A stretch of 64,000 nt of DNA from an uncultured Microbacteriaceae bacterium (GTDB lineage Bacteria; Actinomycetota; Actinomycetes; Actinomycetales; Microbacteriaceae). Below the pieces are notes generated by a model. The model saw only the letters and a program-made list of their open reading frames with translations, had not been told where the DNA came from and did not search any database. Positions 17,703 to 26,410 of this stretch are shown here, in pieces. A program made the position numbers and the translations under genes. The stretch spans positions 28,330-92,329 of the forward strand of contig CAZILZ010000002.1 in the NCBI GenBank assembly GCA_964540305.1, in the 5' to 3' direction. Within the stretch, counting starts at the first letter, position 1, and every line of letters begins with the position of its first letter.

Positions 17703-19576
17703 CCGAGTCAGTGAAGACGGCGCCCGTTGCGGATGAACTGGATGAGCAACAGGAGCCGACACATCGAAGCGTTGCGGAGGTCGACGCAGAACTCGCAGCT
17801 GCTCGGGCGGAGATCGTCGCACTCGAGCGGCGGCGGGCTGAGGTTGCTGTCGCGACTGAGCACCTCCAGGAACTCATCAACGACCGAGATCTCGCACTTA
17901 AGGATCTGCAGGCCTGGGTGGACAGCATCGATCGAAGCTTCTCGTGGAAGCTCCAGGAGGGTATGTCGGAGAACCTCTCGAAGGCGCAGTCGCATCTAGG
18001 CGAATTCGAATCCGCGGTCTCGGGGCTGGAAGTCCCTGCTCGCGGTGTGCTCGCTGAACTTCGCGACCGGTTCTATCGCGGTCTCGCACGAGGGCTCGTC
18101 ATCCTGCTCATGCCCGCTCTCATCGGGGTGATCGTCTTCCTGCTCCTTCGTTTTGGCCTCGGGGAGACCCTGACGGCGCTTTTCGGCACGGGGGGAGAGC
18201 TGACTGGCGTTCTGACCGTGCTGGTGCTCAGCGGCGTGGTGCTCGGAGTACTCGCTCTCATCGGCCGCATGACTGGAAGTCGATGGCTGAGGGGAGCGGT
18301 GCTAGGACGCATCGGGGTGGTCCTGGCCGTGATCGCCGGGGTGCTCTTGCTTGTCGCGTGGTTGAGCCAACCCAGCGATACGGGCTCTGCGGAGGTGCCA
18401 GAGCCGATCGCTGGGGTGGCGGGAGACATCATCGCGGCGCAGGTATTGCGGTGGTTCGTCGACAACCTGTGGTGGATCATCCTCGCCTATGTTCTCGTGA
18501 TCGTCGCGACGATCGTCGCCCTTCTCGTGGCGTATTACACGGGTTGGTCGGTGTTCCGTCGTCAGGTGACTGAGCAGTTCACCCGGCTGGAAAACGTCTC
18601 GCGCGGATACAGGCAGACCAAGCAGGAGGTGAAGCGCCTCGAGCAGCTGTACGAACAACTCTCGACCTGGCTCGAGATCATCGCTCACAGCCTGTATCGG
18701 CCCTGGCGCATCGACCCGCGTTGGGTGACGTCGCATGAGCTGCAGTTGTCGGCTGAGAACTTTCCGTTCGCGCTGCGTGTCGCACAGGCGACCGATGCAG
18801 AGTCAGCGCAGGTCGCGAATCTCGAACGGCTGATTGCAGAGCGACTGCTTCAGCAGGGCTGGCGTCAAGAGGCGTTCGACGACATGCTCGGCGCCATTAA
18901 TGCGGCAGAGGGCTACGAGCACGGCCGCCTTACTCCACAACTCCTTGATGCTGACCTGCCCCACCAGAGCAACAACTCTCGGGAGCTCGTGCTCGCTCGA
19001 CTGCGGGCGGCCGCACTGGATGACGCAGACGGAGACGAGACTCGACAGCAGTTCCTCGTCGATGTCGCTCGTCTGCGCCTGCGCGACCTCATTCGACGGA
19101 CTCAGTCGCAGGTGCTGTCTGAGGCGCGACCCGATGTCGTGCAGATCGTAGTTGACCCGCTTTCAGGGGTGCGGGAGGGACACATGGGTGTCGCTGGCGA
19201 GGTCGCCCCGACGACCTGGGATGACTTCCTCAAGGATGCTCTCGGCATCACCGAGGAAGAGCCCGAACTCAGCCGGATGTCGTTCACCGAAGAGGGCTTG
19301 GCGAGCCGGGCCCCGTCCGCGGTCAAGACCCGACTCATCGTTCCGACGCGTCTTGCCGACACCTTGCCGCCAGTAGATGGACGCGTGGGCCAGGTTGTGC
19401 CGACGGCTGATGTGAGTACGGGACGGTCCGCGGAGGTGCTGGTGAGATTCGACGCCGTGGGACCGCTGCCGTTTGAGCATGTGCATCTGGTGCAGGCCGT
19501 GAGCGGGTCGTTTACGCGGGCCGCGGAGGAGACGGCCGTGGCGGTCGAGGTACCCGTCGACGACGAGGAGCTCTGA
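17699..19576 (+). CDS. Uncharacterised 625-aa membrane protein: N-terminal coiled-coil, 4-5 TM helices, C-terminal soluble domain
   Basis: ATGA overlap with the preceding gene. Coiled-coil AEVDAELAAARAEIVALERRRAEV... Hydrophobic block from GLVILLMPALIGVIVFLLL to WWIILAYVLVIVATIVALLVAYY. Confidence 0.6.
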   Translation: MTESVKTAPVADELDEQQEPTHRSVAEVDAELAAARAEIVALERRRAEVAVATEHLQELINDRDLALKDLQAWVDSIDRSFSWKLQEGMSENLSKAQSHLGEFESAVSGLEVPARGVLAELRDRFYRGLARGLVILLMPALIGVIVFLLLRFGLGETLTALFGTGGELTGVLTVLVLSGVVLGVLALIGRMTGSRWLRGAVLGRIGVVLAVIAGVLLLVAWLSQPSDTGSAEVPEPIAGVAGDIIAAQVLRWFVDNLWWIILAYVLVIVATIVALLVAYYTGWSVFRRQVTEQFTRLENVSRGYRQTKQEVKRLEQLYEQLSTWLEIIAHSLYRPWRIDPRWVTSHELQLSAENFPFALRVAQATDAESAQVANLERLIAERLLQQGWRQEAFDDMLGAINAAEGYEHGRLTPQLLDADLPHQSNNSRELVLARLRAAALDDADGDETRQQFLVDVARLRLRDLIRRTQSQVLSEARPDVVQIVVDPLSGVREGHMGVAGEVAPTTWDDFLKDALGITEEEPELSRMSFTEEGLASRAPSAVKTRLIVPTRLADTLPPVDGRVGQVVPTADVSTGRSAEVLVRFDAVGPLPFEHVHLVQAVSGSFTRAAEETAVAVEVPVDDEEL

Positions 19577-19662
19577 GCCAGCCCATCGGCACGTCGAGCT
19601 CGCTCTCTCCACCACCCGCGCCCAACGCGGCTCCTCTGTCGGGAAACGACGAGACGGGTGAG

Positions 19663-20469
19663 GTGTCGGAGAGCACAGACGGCGCCATCTCGCGCTGGAG
19701 TATTCGACCCTGGCTCGCGATCGTCGCACTTGTGGTCGCCTTCGCGATCGGCGGTCTCGCGGGATATGCGATTCGGGGGGAACCGGCCTCGAATGAAGGG
19801 ACCCCCCGTCCTGACGCCGCGCCATCTACCAGCTCGTCGGCTGTCGCCACCCCGATTCCCCCCGTCGGGGGTTCGCCGGCACCGAGTGGCCCAAACCGCG
19901 ATCCTTCCATCACGTCGGCAGACCTTCTCATTGATCAGCTGGACACCTTGACCACATCGAGGGGGTTCGTGGCGGACTACGACAGGGACTTGTTCGGTCA
20001 GAACGGCTTCGACTTGGACCGCAACGGCTGCGACACGAGAAACGACATTTTGCGCCGCGACCTACTCGACATCGTGCTCAAGGCTGACACCAACGGGTGC
20101 AAGGTGCTTCGAGGAACATTGATTGACCCGTACTCCGGGCAGGCGATCGACTTCATCTCAGGCGAAACGACCTCATTCGAGGTTCAGATCGACCATCTGG
20201 TGCCGCTGGCATGGGCCTGGCAGAACGGAGCAAGCCTCTGGACGATTGACCGGCGAACGGAGTTCGCCAACGATCCCGAGAACCTACTGGCGGTGGAAGG
20301 AGGTCTGAACCAGGAGAAGTCGGCGTCAGGGCCGGCAGAGTGGTTGCCCCCCAACCGCGCGTTCCACTGCGACTACGCGGCGGGCTTCGCGGCCGTGCTT
20401 GTCGAGTATGGCCTCGCCGTGCCTGACGACGATCGTGCTGTTCTGATCGACATCCTCGAGCGCTGCTGA
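19663..20469 (+). CDS. Membrane-anchored HNH-type nuclease, DUF1524 (GmrSD C-terminal-like) family
   Basis: N-terminal TM helix WLAIVALVVAFAIGGLAGYAI, a Ser/Pro linker, then ...RNGCDTRNDILRRDL...VQIDHLVPLAWAWQNGA...NLLAVEGGLNQEKS..., typical of DUF1524/HNH nucleases. GTG start is uncertain. Confidence 0.7.
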   Translation: MSESTDGAISRWSIRPWLAIVALVVAFAIGGLAGYAIRGEPASNEGTPRPDAAPSTSSSAVATPIPPVGGSPAPSGPNRDPSITSADLLIDQLDTLTTSRGFVADYDRDLFGQNGFDLDRNGCDTRNDILRRDLLDIVLKADTNGCKVLRGTLIDPYSGQAIDFISGETTSFEVQIDHLVPLAWAWQNGASLWTIDRRTEFANDPENLLAVEGGLNQEKSASGPAEWLPPNRAFHCDYAAGFAAVLVEYGLAVPDDDRAVLIDILERC

Positions 20470-20481
20470 CGGGTGCGTCGC

Positions 20482-21489
20482 CTAGGCGCGCGGCACGCGC
20501 ACCACCAGTGACGCCGGCGCCACCCGCGCCGAGATGGCGGTGACCTGGCCCATGCTCTCGCCGTCGATCTCGAACTCCTCCGGTCGTTCGAGGGCGAGCG
20601 TCATGCGACGGCCCTGGAAGTAGCGAAGGGCGCGCACGCTCTTATCGGCGGCCAGGATGCGGCGGCCGATCTTCGTGCGCTGCAGCACGCCGTTCTCCCA
20701 CGCCACGGCGTAGCCGACGCGCATCCAGCCCCACAGATTGCGCGGGCGCATGGCGACGACGTCGAGCAGGCCGTCGTCGATCTGCGCTTCGGGCAGCAGC
20801 AGCACGCCGCCGGGCAGGGTGCCGCAGTTGCCGATGAGCAGCGTGTGCACGGTCGTCGCCCGCTCGGGCGAGCCGTCGAGCGTGTAGCGCACGCGCACCG
20901 CGTCGACGTCGCGCACGATGCGCGCCGAGGCTTCGACATAAGCGAGCCAGCCGACACGTTTCTTGAGCTCGTCGTTCGTTGCCGCGATCATGCGGGCGTC
21001 GAGGCCGATGCCGAGCATGACGACGAAGGCGTGGGTCTCGCGCGAACCGTCGGCCCGCGTGATGTCGGCCACGCCGACGTCGATCGCGTGGTCGACCCCC
21101 GTGACGGCGGTGCTCACGGCCTCGGCGAGCCTGCCGATCGGAATGCTGAGGTTGCGGGCGAGCAGGTTGCCCGTTCCGGCCGGGAGCAGCACCATCGGGA
21201 TGCCCGAATCGAGCATCCCCTCGGCGACCGCCCGCACCGTGCCGTCGCCGCCGGCCGTGAGCACCGCGGTCGCGCGCGAGGCGATGGCCGCGCGAGCGCA
21301 CCCCTGGCCGGGGTCGTCGACGCTCGTCTCGAGCCACAGCGAGGGCGCCCAGCCCGCCTCGGCCTCGGCGGCGGCCACGGCCGCGCGCAAGGCATCCATG
21401 TCGACCTTCGTCGGGTTGACGACGACGGCGACGCGGGCGACGTCGGCCGCGCGCGCGGCGGGGTCGGGCGCCGAGCCGGGGGTGCTCAT
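20482..21489 (-). CDS. Diacylglycerol kinase-family lipid kinase
   Basis: VAVVVNPTK..., GGDGTVRAV and [14 protein letters not shown] motifs. Start trimmed to the ATG at 21489 (MSTPGS...). Confidence 0.8.
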   Translation of the reverse strand: MSTPGSAPDPAARAADVARVAVVVNPTKVDMDALRAAVAAAEAEAGWAPSLWLETSVDDPGQGCARAAIASRATAVLTAGGDGTVRAVAEGMLDSGIPMVLLPAGTGNLLARNLSIPIGRLAEAVSTAVTGVDHAIDVGVADITRADGSRETHAFVVMLGIGLDARMIAATNDELKKRVGWLAYVEASARIVRDVDAVRVRYTLDGSPERATTVHTLLIGNCGTLPGGVLLLPEAQIDDGLLDVVAMRPRNLWGWMRVGYAVAWENGVLQRTKIGRRILAADKSVRALRYFQGRRMTLALERPEEFEIDGESMGQVTAISARVAPASLVVRVPRA

Positions 21490-21561
21490 GCGGTCAGAGT
21501 AGAGCATGGGCCCGTGACGACGCGGGGGCATGTGTTAACCCGCGCGTGCCAGACTAGAACG

Positions 21562-22827
21562 GTGATCGACCCCCAGCTGCTGCGTGATGACCCCGACCTC
21601 GTCCGACGTTCTCAGCAGGCTCGGCGGGCGAGCGTCGAGCTCGTCGACGAGGCCATCGCCGCCGATCGCGAGCGGCGGGATTCGATCACCGCGTTCGAGG
21701 CCCTGCGCGCCGAGCAGAACGCGTTCGGCAAGCGTGTCGCGGCCGCCGCGAAAGACGAGAAGGCCGCGCTCGTGCAGCAGGCGCAGCAGCTCGCTGCCGA
21801 CGTGAAGGCCGCCCAGGCCGTGGCCGGCGAGGCCGAGGCGCGGTTCGTGCGGGTCGCGGGGAGCATCCCGAACGTCATCATCGAGGGCGTGCCCGAAGGC
21901 GGCGAAGACGACTTCGTCACGCTGCGCGAGGTCGGCGAGAAGCCCGCCTTCGACTTCGAGCCGCGCGACCACCTCGCGCTCGGCGAGCTGCTCGACGCCA
22001 TCGACGTTCCGCGCGGCGTGAAGGTCTCGGGCTCGCGCTTCTACTTCTTGAAGGGCGTCGGCGCGCGGCTCGAGCTCGCGCTCATGACCTACGCGCTCGA
22101 CACCGCCCTCGACGCGGGCTTCACGCCCCTCATCACGCCGACGCTCGTGAAGCCCGAGATCATGAGCGGCACAGGTTTTCTCGGCGCGCACGCCGATGAG
22201 ATCTACTACCTCTCTGACGACGAGCTCTACCTGACCGGCACGAGCGAGGTCGCGCTCGCCGGGTACCACTCCGACGAGATCATCGACGTCTCGGCGGGCC
22301 CGCTGCGGTACGCCGGCTGGTCGACCTGCTACCGCCGCGAGGCCGGCAGCTACGGAAAAGACACGCGCGGCATCATCCGCGTGCACCAGTTCCAGAAGCT
22401 CGAGATGTTCAGCTACATCGACCCCGCTGATGCCGAGGCCGAGCACGAGCGGCTCTTGGCCCTGCAAGAGGGGATGCTGCGCTCGCTCGGTCTCGCCTAC
22501 CGCGTCATCGACACCGCGGCCGGCGACCTCGGCTCGAGCGCCGCGCGCAAGTTCGACGTCGAGGCCTGGGTGCCCACGCAGGGCGCGTACCGCGAGCTCA
22601 CGAGCACGAGCAACTGCACGACCTTCCAGGCGCGACGGCTCGAGACGCGCCACCGGGGCGAGAGCGGTAAGACGGCCCCCGTCGCGACGCTCAACGGCAC
22701 GCTCGCGACGACCCGCTGGCTCGTCGCCCTGCTCGAGACGCACCAGCGCGCTGACGGATCCGTCATAGTTCCCGAACCGCTGCGCCCCTACCTGCGCGGC
22801 CTCGAGGTGCTGGAGCCGGTGGCATGA
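21562..22827 (+). CDS. serS: Seryl-tRNA synthetase
   Basis: GTG start gives [18 protein letters not shown]..., the canonical SerS N-terminal coiled-coil arm. Class II core motifs (TGTSEV, YRREAGS, GTLATTR). The track ORF upstream part is antisense to the DAG-kinase gene. Confidence 0.9.
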   Translation: MIDPQLLRDDPDLVRRSQQARRASVELVDEAIAADRERRDSITAFEALRAEQNAFGKRVAAAAKDEKAALVQQAQQLAADVKAAQAVAGEAEARFVRVAGSIPNVIIEGVPEGGEDDFVTLREVGEKPAFDFEPRDHLALGELLDAIDVPRGVKVSGSRFYFLKGVGARLELALMTYALDTALDAGFTPLITPTLVKPEIMSGTGFLGAHADEIYYLSDDELYLTGTSEVALAGYHSDEIIDVSAGPLRYAGWSTCYRREAGSYGKDTRGIIRVHQFQKLEMFSYIDPADAEAEHERLLALQEGMLRSLGLAYRVIDTAAGDLGSSAARKFDVEAWVPTQGAYRELTSTSNCTTFQARRLETRHRGESGKTAPVATLNGTLATTRWLVALLETHQRADGSVIVPEPLRPYLRGLEVLEPVA

Positions 22828-23630
22828 GCACCGTGAAGAAGCTCATCGCGCTCGACATCGACGGCACGGTGCTGCACGAAGACGGCACGCTGCCCGACGC
22901 CGCCCTCGCGCAGGTGCACCGTCTGCGCGACGCGGGCCATGAGGTCATGCTCGCGACGGGCCGCTCGGTCGCCATGACCCTGCCCGTGCTCGACCGGCTC
23001 GACATCGCGCCCGCCTACGTGGTCGCCTCGAACGGCGCGATCCTGCTCAAGCGCGACCCGGACGCCCCGACGGGGTACCGGCGCCACCACGTCGAGACGT
23101 TCGATCCGACGGCGGTGCTCACGAGCATCCGGCCGCACCTGACCCACGCGAACTACGCCGTCGAAGACGAGACGGGCGTGTACCGCTACACCGGCTGGTT
23201 TCCCGACGGGGCGCTCGGCGCGGTGAGTCACGAGGTGCCGTTCGAGCAGCTGTGCCGCGAGCCGGCGACGCGCGTCGTCGTCATCTCGCCCGGCCACGCG
23301 ATGGAGGAGTTTCTCGCCGCGGTCGAGCTCATGGGCCTGCATCAGGTGAGCTACAACGTCGGTTGGACGGCGTGGCTCGACATCGCGCCCGACGGCGTCA
23401 ACAAGTCGACGGCCCTCGAGCGGGTTCGGGATGCCCTGGGCATTCCGGGCGAGCACGTCGTGACCGTGGGCGACGGCCGCAACGATATCGAGATGCTCGG
23501 CTGGGCGGTCGCGCACGGCGGGCGCGGCATCGCCATGGGGCAGGCGCCCGCCGAGGTCGTGGACGCCGCCTCCGAAGTCACGGCGCGCGACACCGACGAC
23601 GGCCTCGCGCAGGCGCTCGCCACGATCTGA
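22824..23630 (+). CDS. Cof-type HAD-IIB family hydrolase
   Basis: [10 protein letters not shown] (DxD) N-terminus and [10 protein letters not shown] near the C-terminus. ATGA overlap with serS. Confidence 0.8.
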   Translation: MSTVKKLIALDIDGTVLHEDGTLPDAALAQVHRLRDAGHEVMLATGRSVAMTLPVLDRLDIAPAYVVASNGAILLKRDPDAPTGYRRHHVETFDPTAVLTSIRPHLTHANYAVEDETGVYRYTGWFPDGALGAVSHEVPFEQLCREPATRVVVISPGHAMEEFLAAVELMGLHQVSYNVGWTAWLDIAPDGVNKSTALERVRDALGIPGEHVVTVGDGRNDIEMLGWAVAHGGRGIAMGQAPAEVVDAASEVTARDTDDGLAQALATI

Positions 23631-23721
23631 GACACCGCCCCGCACGCTCGGAGCAGATGCATAGGCGCCCCGAACGGGGGTTCTGAGGGTGCGTCGGTTA
23701 GGATGGAAGACTGATATCCGA

Positions 23722-23806
23722 GGAGGGCTGTCCGAGCGGCCGATGGAGCCAGTCTTGAAAACTGGTGGGCAGCAATGTCTCGTGGGTTCGAATCCCACGC
23801 CCTCCG
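23722..23806 (+). tRNA. tRNA-Ser (anticodon UGA)
   Basis: Acceptor GGAGGGC/GCCCTCC, anticodon stem CCAGT/ACTGG with loop CTTGAAA, long variable arm, T-loop GGTTCGAATCC. CCA is not encoded. Confidence 0.9.
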
Positions 23807-23842
23807 CTCGACCAGCGCCCCGACGTGTCCGAGGGGGACAAC

Positions 23843-25147
23843 ATGACTGAACCGATCCGCGATCGCGGAACCCGGTCATTGCCGACCGCTCAGGTGCGCC
23901 ACGGACGGCTGCGCCGCTCCCACGCCGCGAAGACGATCGTCGCGACGCTGGCCGCGTCGCTCGCGGTCGTGCTCGTGAGCACGGTCTCCGTCGGTGCGAT
24001 CACGATCGCGCAGATCAACGCCAACATCGAGGTCGTCGACCTCGCGGTGGTCGAGGGCGACGACGAGCGCGTCATCCCGACGGTCGGCGAGTGGGAGGGC
24101 GGCTTCAACGTGCTCTTCGTCGGCGTCGACAACGACGAAGGGCAGTCCGACGCGGATGAGCGCGGCGGTGCCACGCTCAACGACGTCAACATCCTCGTGC
24201 ACGTCGCGGAGGACCAGCAGTCGGCGGTCGCCGTCAGCTTCCCCCGCGACCTCGTCGTGCCCATCCCCTCGTGCCCCGACCCCGACGGCGAGGGCGCGTC
24301 GTACGCGATGTCGGCCCAACCGCTCAACGTCGCTTACTCGTACGGCGAGCTCGGGTGCGTCGTGCTCACGATCGAGGCGCTCACGGGCCTCTCGATCCCG
24401 TACGCCGGCACGATCTCGTTCGGCGGCGTCGCGCAGATGTCGACCGCGGTCGGCGGTGTCGACGTGTGCGTCGACGGCCCGATCGAGGACCCGTACACGG
24501 GGCTGTCGCTTCCTGCCGCCGGCACCTACACGGTCGAGGGCAAGCAGGCGCTCGCCTTCCTGCGCTCGCGCTACGGCGTCGGCGACGGCAGCGACCTCGG
24601 GCGCATCAGCTCGCAGCAGGTCTACATGTCGTCGCTCATCCGCAAGGTGCAGAACGAGGGCGTGCTCACCGACTTCACGAAGCTCTACGGCCTCGCCCAG
24701 GTGGCGACGTCGTCGATGAAGCTCTCGCGCAGCCTCGCGAGCCTCGACACGATGGTGTCGATGGCGCAGGCGCTTCGCAACATCCCCACCGAGAACATCG
24801 TGTTCGTGCAGTACCCGGGTCGCACGGGCGGCACGGGCGTCTACGCGGGCAAGGTGCAGCCGATCGTCTCGGCGGCCGACGCGCTCTTCTCGCGCATCCG
24901 GGCCGACGAGCGCTTCACCCTCGAAGCGGGCAACACCGGCATCGGATCGACGGTCAACCCGGATGCGCCCGCCGCGGGGCCGACCCCCGAGCCGACCCCC
25001 ACCGAGGTCGCCGTGCCGAAGAACGGCAAGGTCGTGCCCGAGGTCGAGCCGACGCTCGAGCCGGTCGCCCCCGAGGTGCCCGCCGGTGTTCTCGAGGGCG
25101 TGCAGGGTCAGACCGCGGCCGACTACACCTGCTCGGTCGCCAACTAG
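23843..25147 (+). CDS. LCP (LytR-CpsA-Psr) family cell-envelope phosphotransferase
   Basis: N-terminal TM anchor, FNVLFVGVDND..., NILVHV... and AVSFPRDL motifs. Start trimmed to 23843 because the track start overlaps the tRNA. Confidence 0.8.
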   Translation: MTEPIRDRGTRSLPTAQVRHGRLRRSHAAKTIVATLAASLAVVLVSTVSVGAITIAQINANIEVVDLAVVEGDDERVIPTVGEWEGGFNVLFVGVDNDEGQSDADERGGATLNDVNILVHVAEDQQSAVAVSFPRDLVVPIPSCPDPDGEGASYAMSAQPLNVAYSYGELGCVVLTIEALTGLSIPYAGTISFGGVAQMSTAVGGVDVCVDGPIEDPYTGLSLPAAGTYTVEGKQALAFLRSRYGVGDGSDLGRISSQQVYMSSLIRKVQNEGVLTDFTKLYGLAQVATSSMKLSRSLASLDTMVSMAQALRNIPTENIVFVQYPGRTGGTGVYAGKVQPIVSAADALFSRIRADERFTLEAGNTGIGSTVNPDAPAAGPTPEPTPTEVAVPKNGKVVPEVEPTLEPVAPEVPAGVLEGVQGQTAADYTCSVAN

Positions 25148-25154
25148 CGCGTGC

Positions 25155-25175
25155 CCGGCCGCGGCTCGCGGCCGG
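25155..25175 (+). terminator. GC hairpin after the LCP gene
   Basis: CCGGCCGCG-gct-CGCGGCCGG, a perfect 9-bp stem with a 3-nt loop, 8 nt after the stop codon. Confidence 0.5.
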
Positions 25176-25196
25176 TATAGTAGAGACGCTTTGCTA

Positions 25197-25285
25197 GGAG
25201 ACGTCGCATAGTTCGGCCTAGTGCACCACCCTGCTAAGGTGGAGTCCCCGCAAGGGGACCGCGGGTTCAAATCCCGCCGTCTCCG
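25197..25285 (+). tRNA. tRNA-Ser (anticodon GCU)
   Basis: Acceptor GGAGACG/CGTCTCC, anticodon stem CCACC/GGTGG with loop CTGCTAA, long variable arm, T-loop GGTTCAAATCC. Confidence 0.9.
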
Positions 25286-25358
25286 CTCAAGCCTTCCGTT
25301 CACCACTGGTAGGCTTGCACGGTTGCTTTCGCAGCCACTCGCTGACGAGAGTCAGCAT

Positions 25359-25431
25359 GCGCCCGTAGCTCAATGGATAGAGCATCTGACTACGGATCAG
25401 AAGGTTAGGGGTTCGAGTCCCTTCGGGCGCG
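25359..25431 (+). tRNA. tRNA-Arg (anticodon ACG)
   Basis: Acceptor GCGCCCG/CGGGCGC, D-loop AGCTCAATGGATAGAGC, anticodon loop CTACGGA, T-loop GGTTCGAGTCC. Confidence 0.9.
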
Positions 25432-25487
25432 CGATCAGCCCCCCGCCACCGGCGGGGGGCTTTCTCGTTGCCCGATAGCCTGACAGG

Positions 25488-26399
25488 GTGAACTCCCGCC
25501 TGCGTCTCTCCGACGACGTCGCCGCCGCGCTCGCCGCCGGCCGCCCCGTCGTCGCCCTCGAATCGACCATCATCAGCCACGGGCTGCCGCGGCCGCGCAA
25601 CCACGCCGCCGCGCTCGAGTTCGAGAGCATCCTGCGCGATGCGGGGGTCACCCCCGCGACGATCGCCGTGCTCGACGGCGTGCCGCGCATCGGCCTCGAC
25701 GCGGAGGGCGTGCGGCGCATCGCCGACGAGGATCTCGCCAAGGCGAGCGTGCGCGACCTGCCCATCCTCGCCGCGCGCGGAGCGAGCGGCGCCACGACCG
25801 TCGCCGCCACCGCGCACCTCGCGGCGAAGGCCGGAATCCGCGTCTTCGCGACGGGCGGTCTCGGTGGCGTGCACCGCGGTGCGAGCGAGACCTTCGACGA
25901 GTCGGCCGACCTGTCGACGCTCGCCGTCACGCCCATCACGGTCGTCTCGGCCGGCGTCAAGAGCGTGCTCGACATCGCCGCCACGCTCGAGCGGCTCGAG
26001 ACCTACTCCGTGCCCGTCGTCGGGCTCGGCACGACGGTCTTCCCGAGCTTCTGGCTGCGCGAGAGCGCCTACACCCTCGACTGGGCGGTCGAGTCGCCCG
26101 AACAGGTGGCCGACATCATGGCGGCGCACGACGCGCTGGGCCACACCCAGGGCATCGTCGTCGCCAACCCGATCCCCGCCGATCAGGCGTGGGATCGCGA
26201 AGAGCATGACCGCGTGCTCGCAACGGCGTTCTCCGAGGCCGAGGCGCAGGGCATCCGCGGCAAGGCCGTCACGCCGTTCCTGCTCGGCCGCATCGTCGAG
26301 CTCAGCGAGGGCCGCAGCCTCGAGGTCAACCTCGACCTCGCGCGCAACAACGTGCGCGTGGCCGGCCGCATCGCCGCGGCCTGGGCCGCTCGAGCCTGA
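25488..26399 (+). CDS. psuG: Pseudouridine-5'-phosphate glycosidase
   Basis: LSDDVAAALAAGRPVVALESTIISHGLPRPRN... is a typical PsuG/IndA N-terminus. 303 aa. Confidence 0.88.
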   Translation: MNSRLRLSDDVAAALAAGRPVVALESTIISHGLPRPRNHAAALEFESILRDAGVTPATIAVLDGVPRIGLDAEGVRRIADEDLAKASVRDLPILAARGASGATTVAATAHLAAKAGIRVFATGGLGGVHRGASETFDESADLSTLAVTPITVVSAGVKSVLDIAATLERLETYSVPVVGLGTTVFPSFWLRESAYTLDWAVESPEQVADIMAAHDALGHTQGIVVANPIPADQAWDREEHDRVLATAFSEAEAQGIRGKAVTPFLLGRIVELSEGRSLEVNLDLARNNVRVAGRIAAAWAARA

Positions 26400-26410
26400 G
26401 CGGCAGGGTC

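Larger units (their letters stand above)
8963..20480. other. Lower-GC inserted segment (genomic islet) between pheA and the DAG-kinase-family gene
   Basis: Hand counts of 60-nt lines inside give 36/60 (9901), 31/60 (16801) and 35/60 (20041) G+C. Flanking lines give 44/60 (7801) and 47/60 (21301). The segment is bounded by CCTAGGCG at 8955-8962 and 20481-20488. Confidence 0.6.

Noticed and set aside
8963-20480. Looked for integrase, transposase, recombinase, phage or plasmid genes and for terminal tRNA fragments within the low-GC islet
   Set aside because: None was found on either strand. All minus-strand ORFs in the islet look spurious, so I do not call it a classical mobile element, only a compositionally distinct insertion.
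23765-23842. Track start of the LCP ORF overlapping tRNA-Ser
   Set aside because: A CDS overlapping a tRNA gene on the same strand is implausible. The ATG at 23843 has a purine-rich RBS and gives a typical LCP cytoplasmic tail plus TM anchor.
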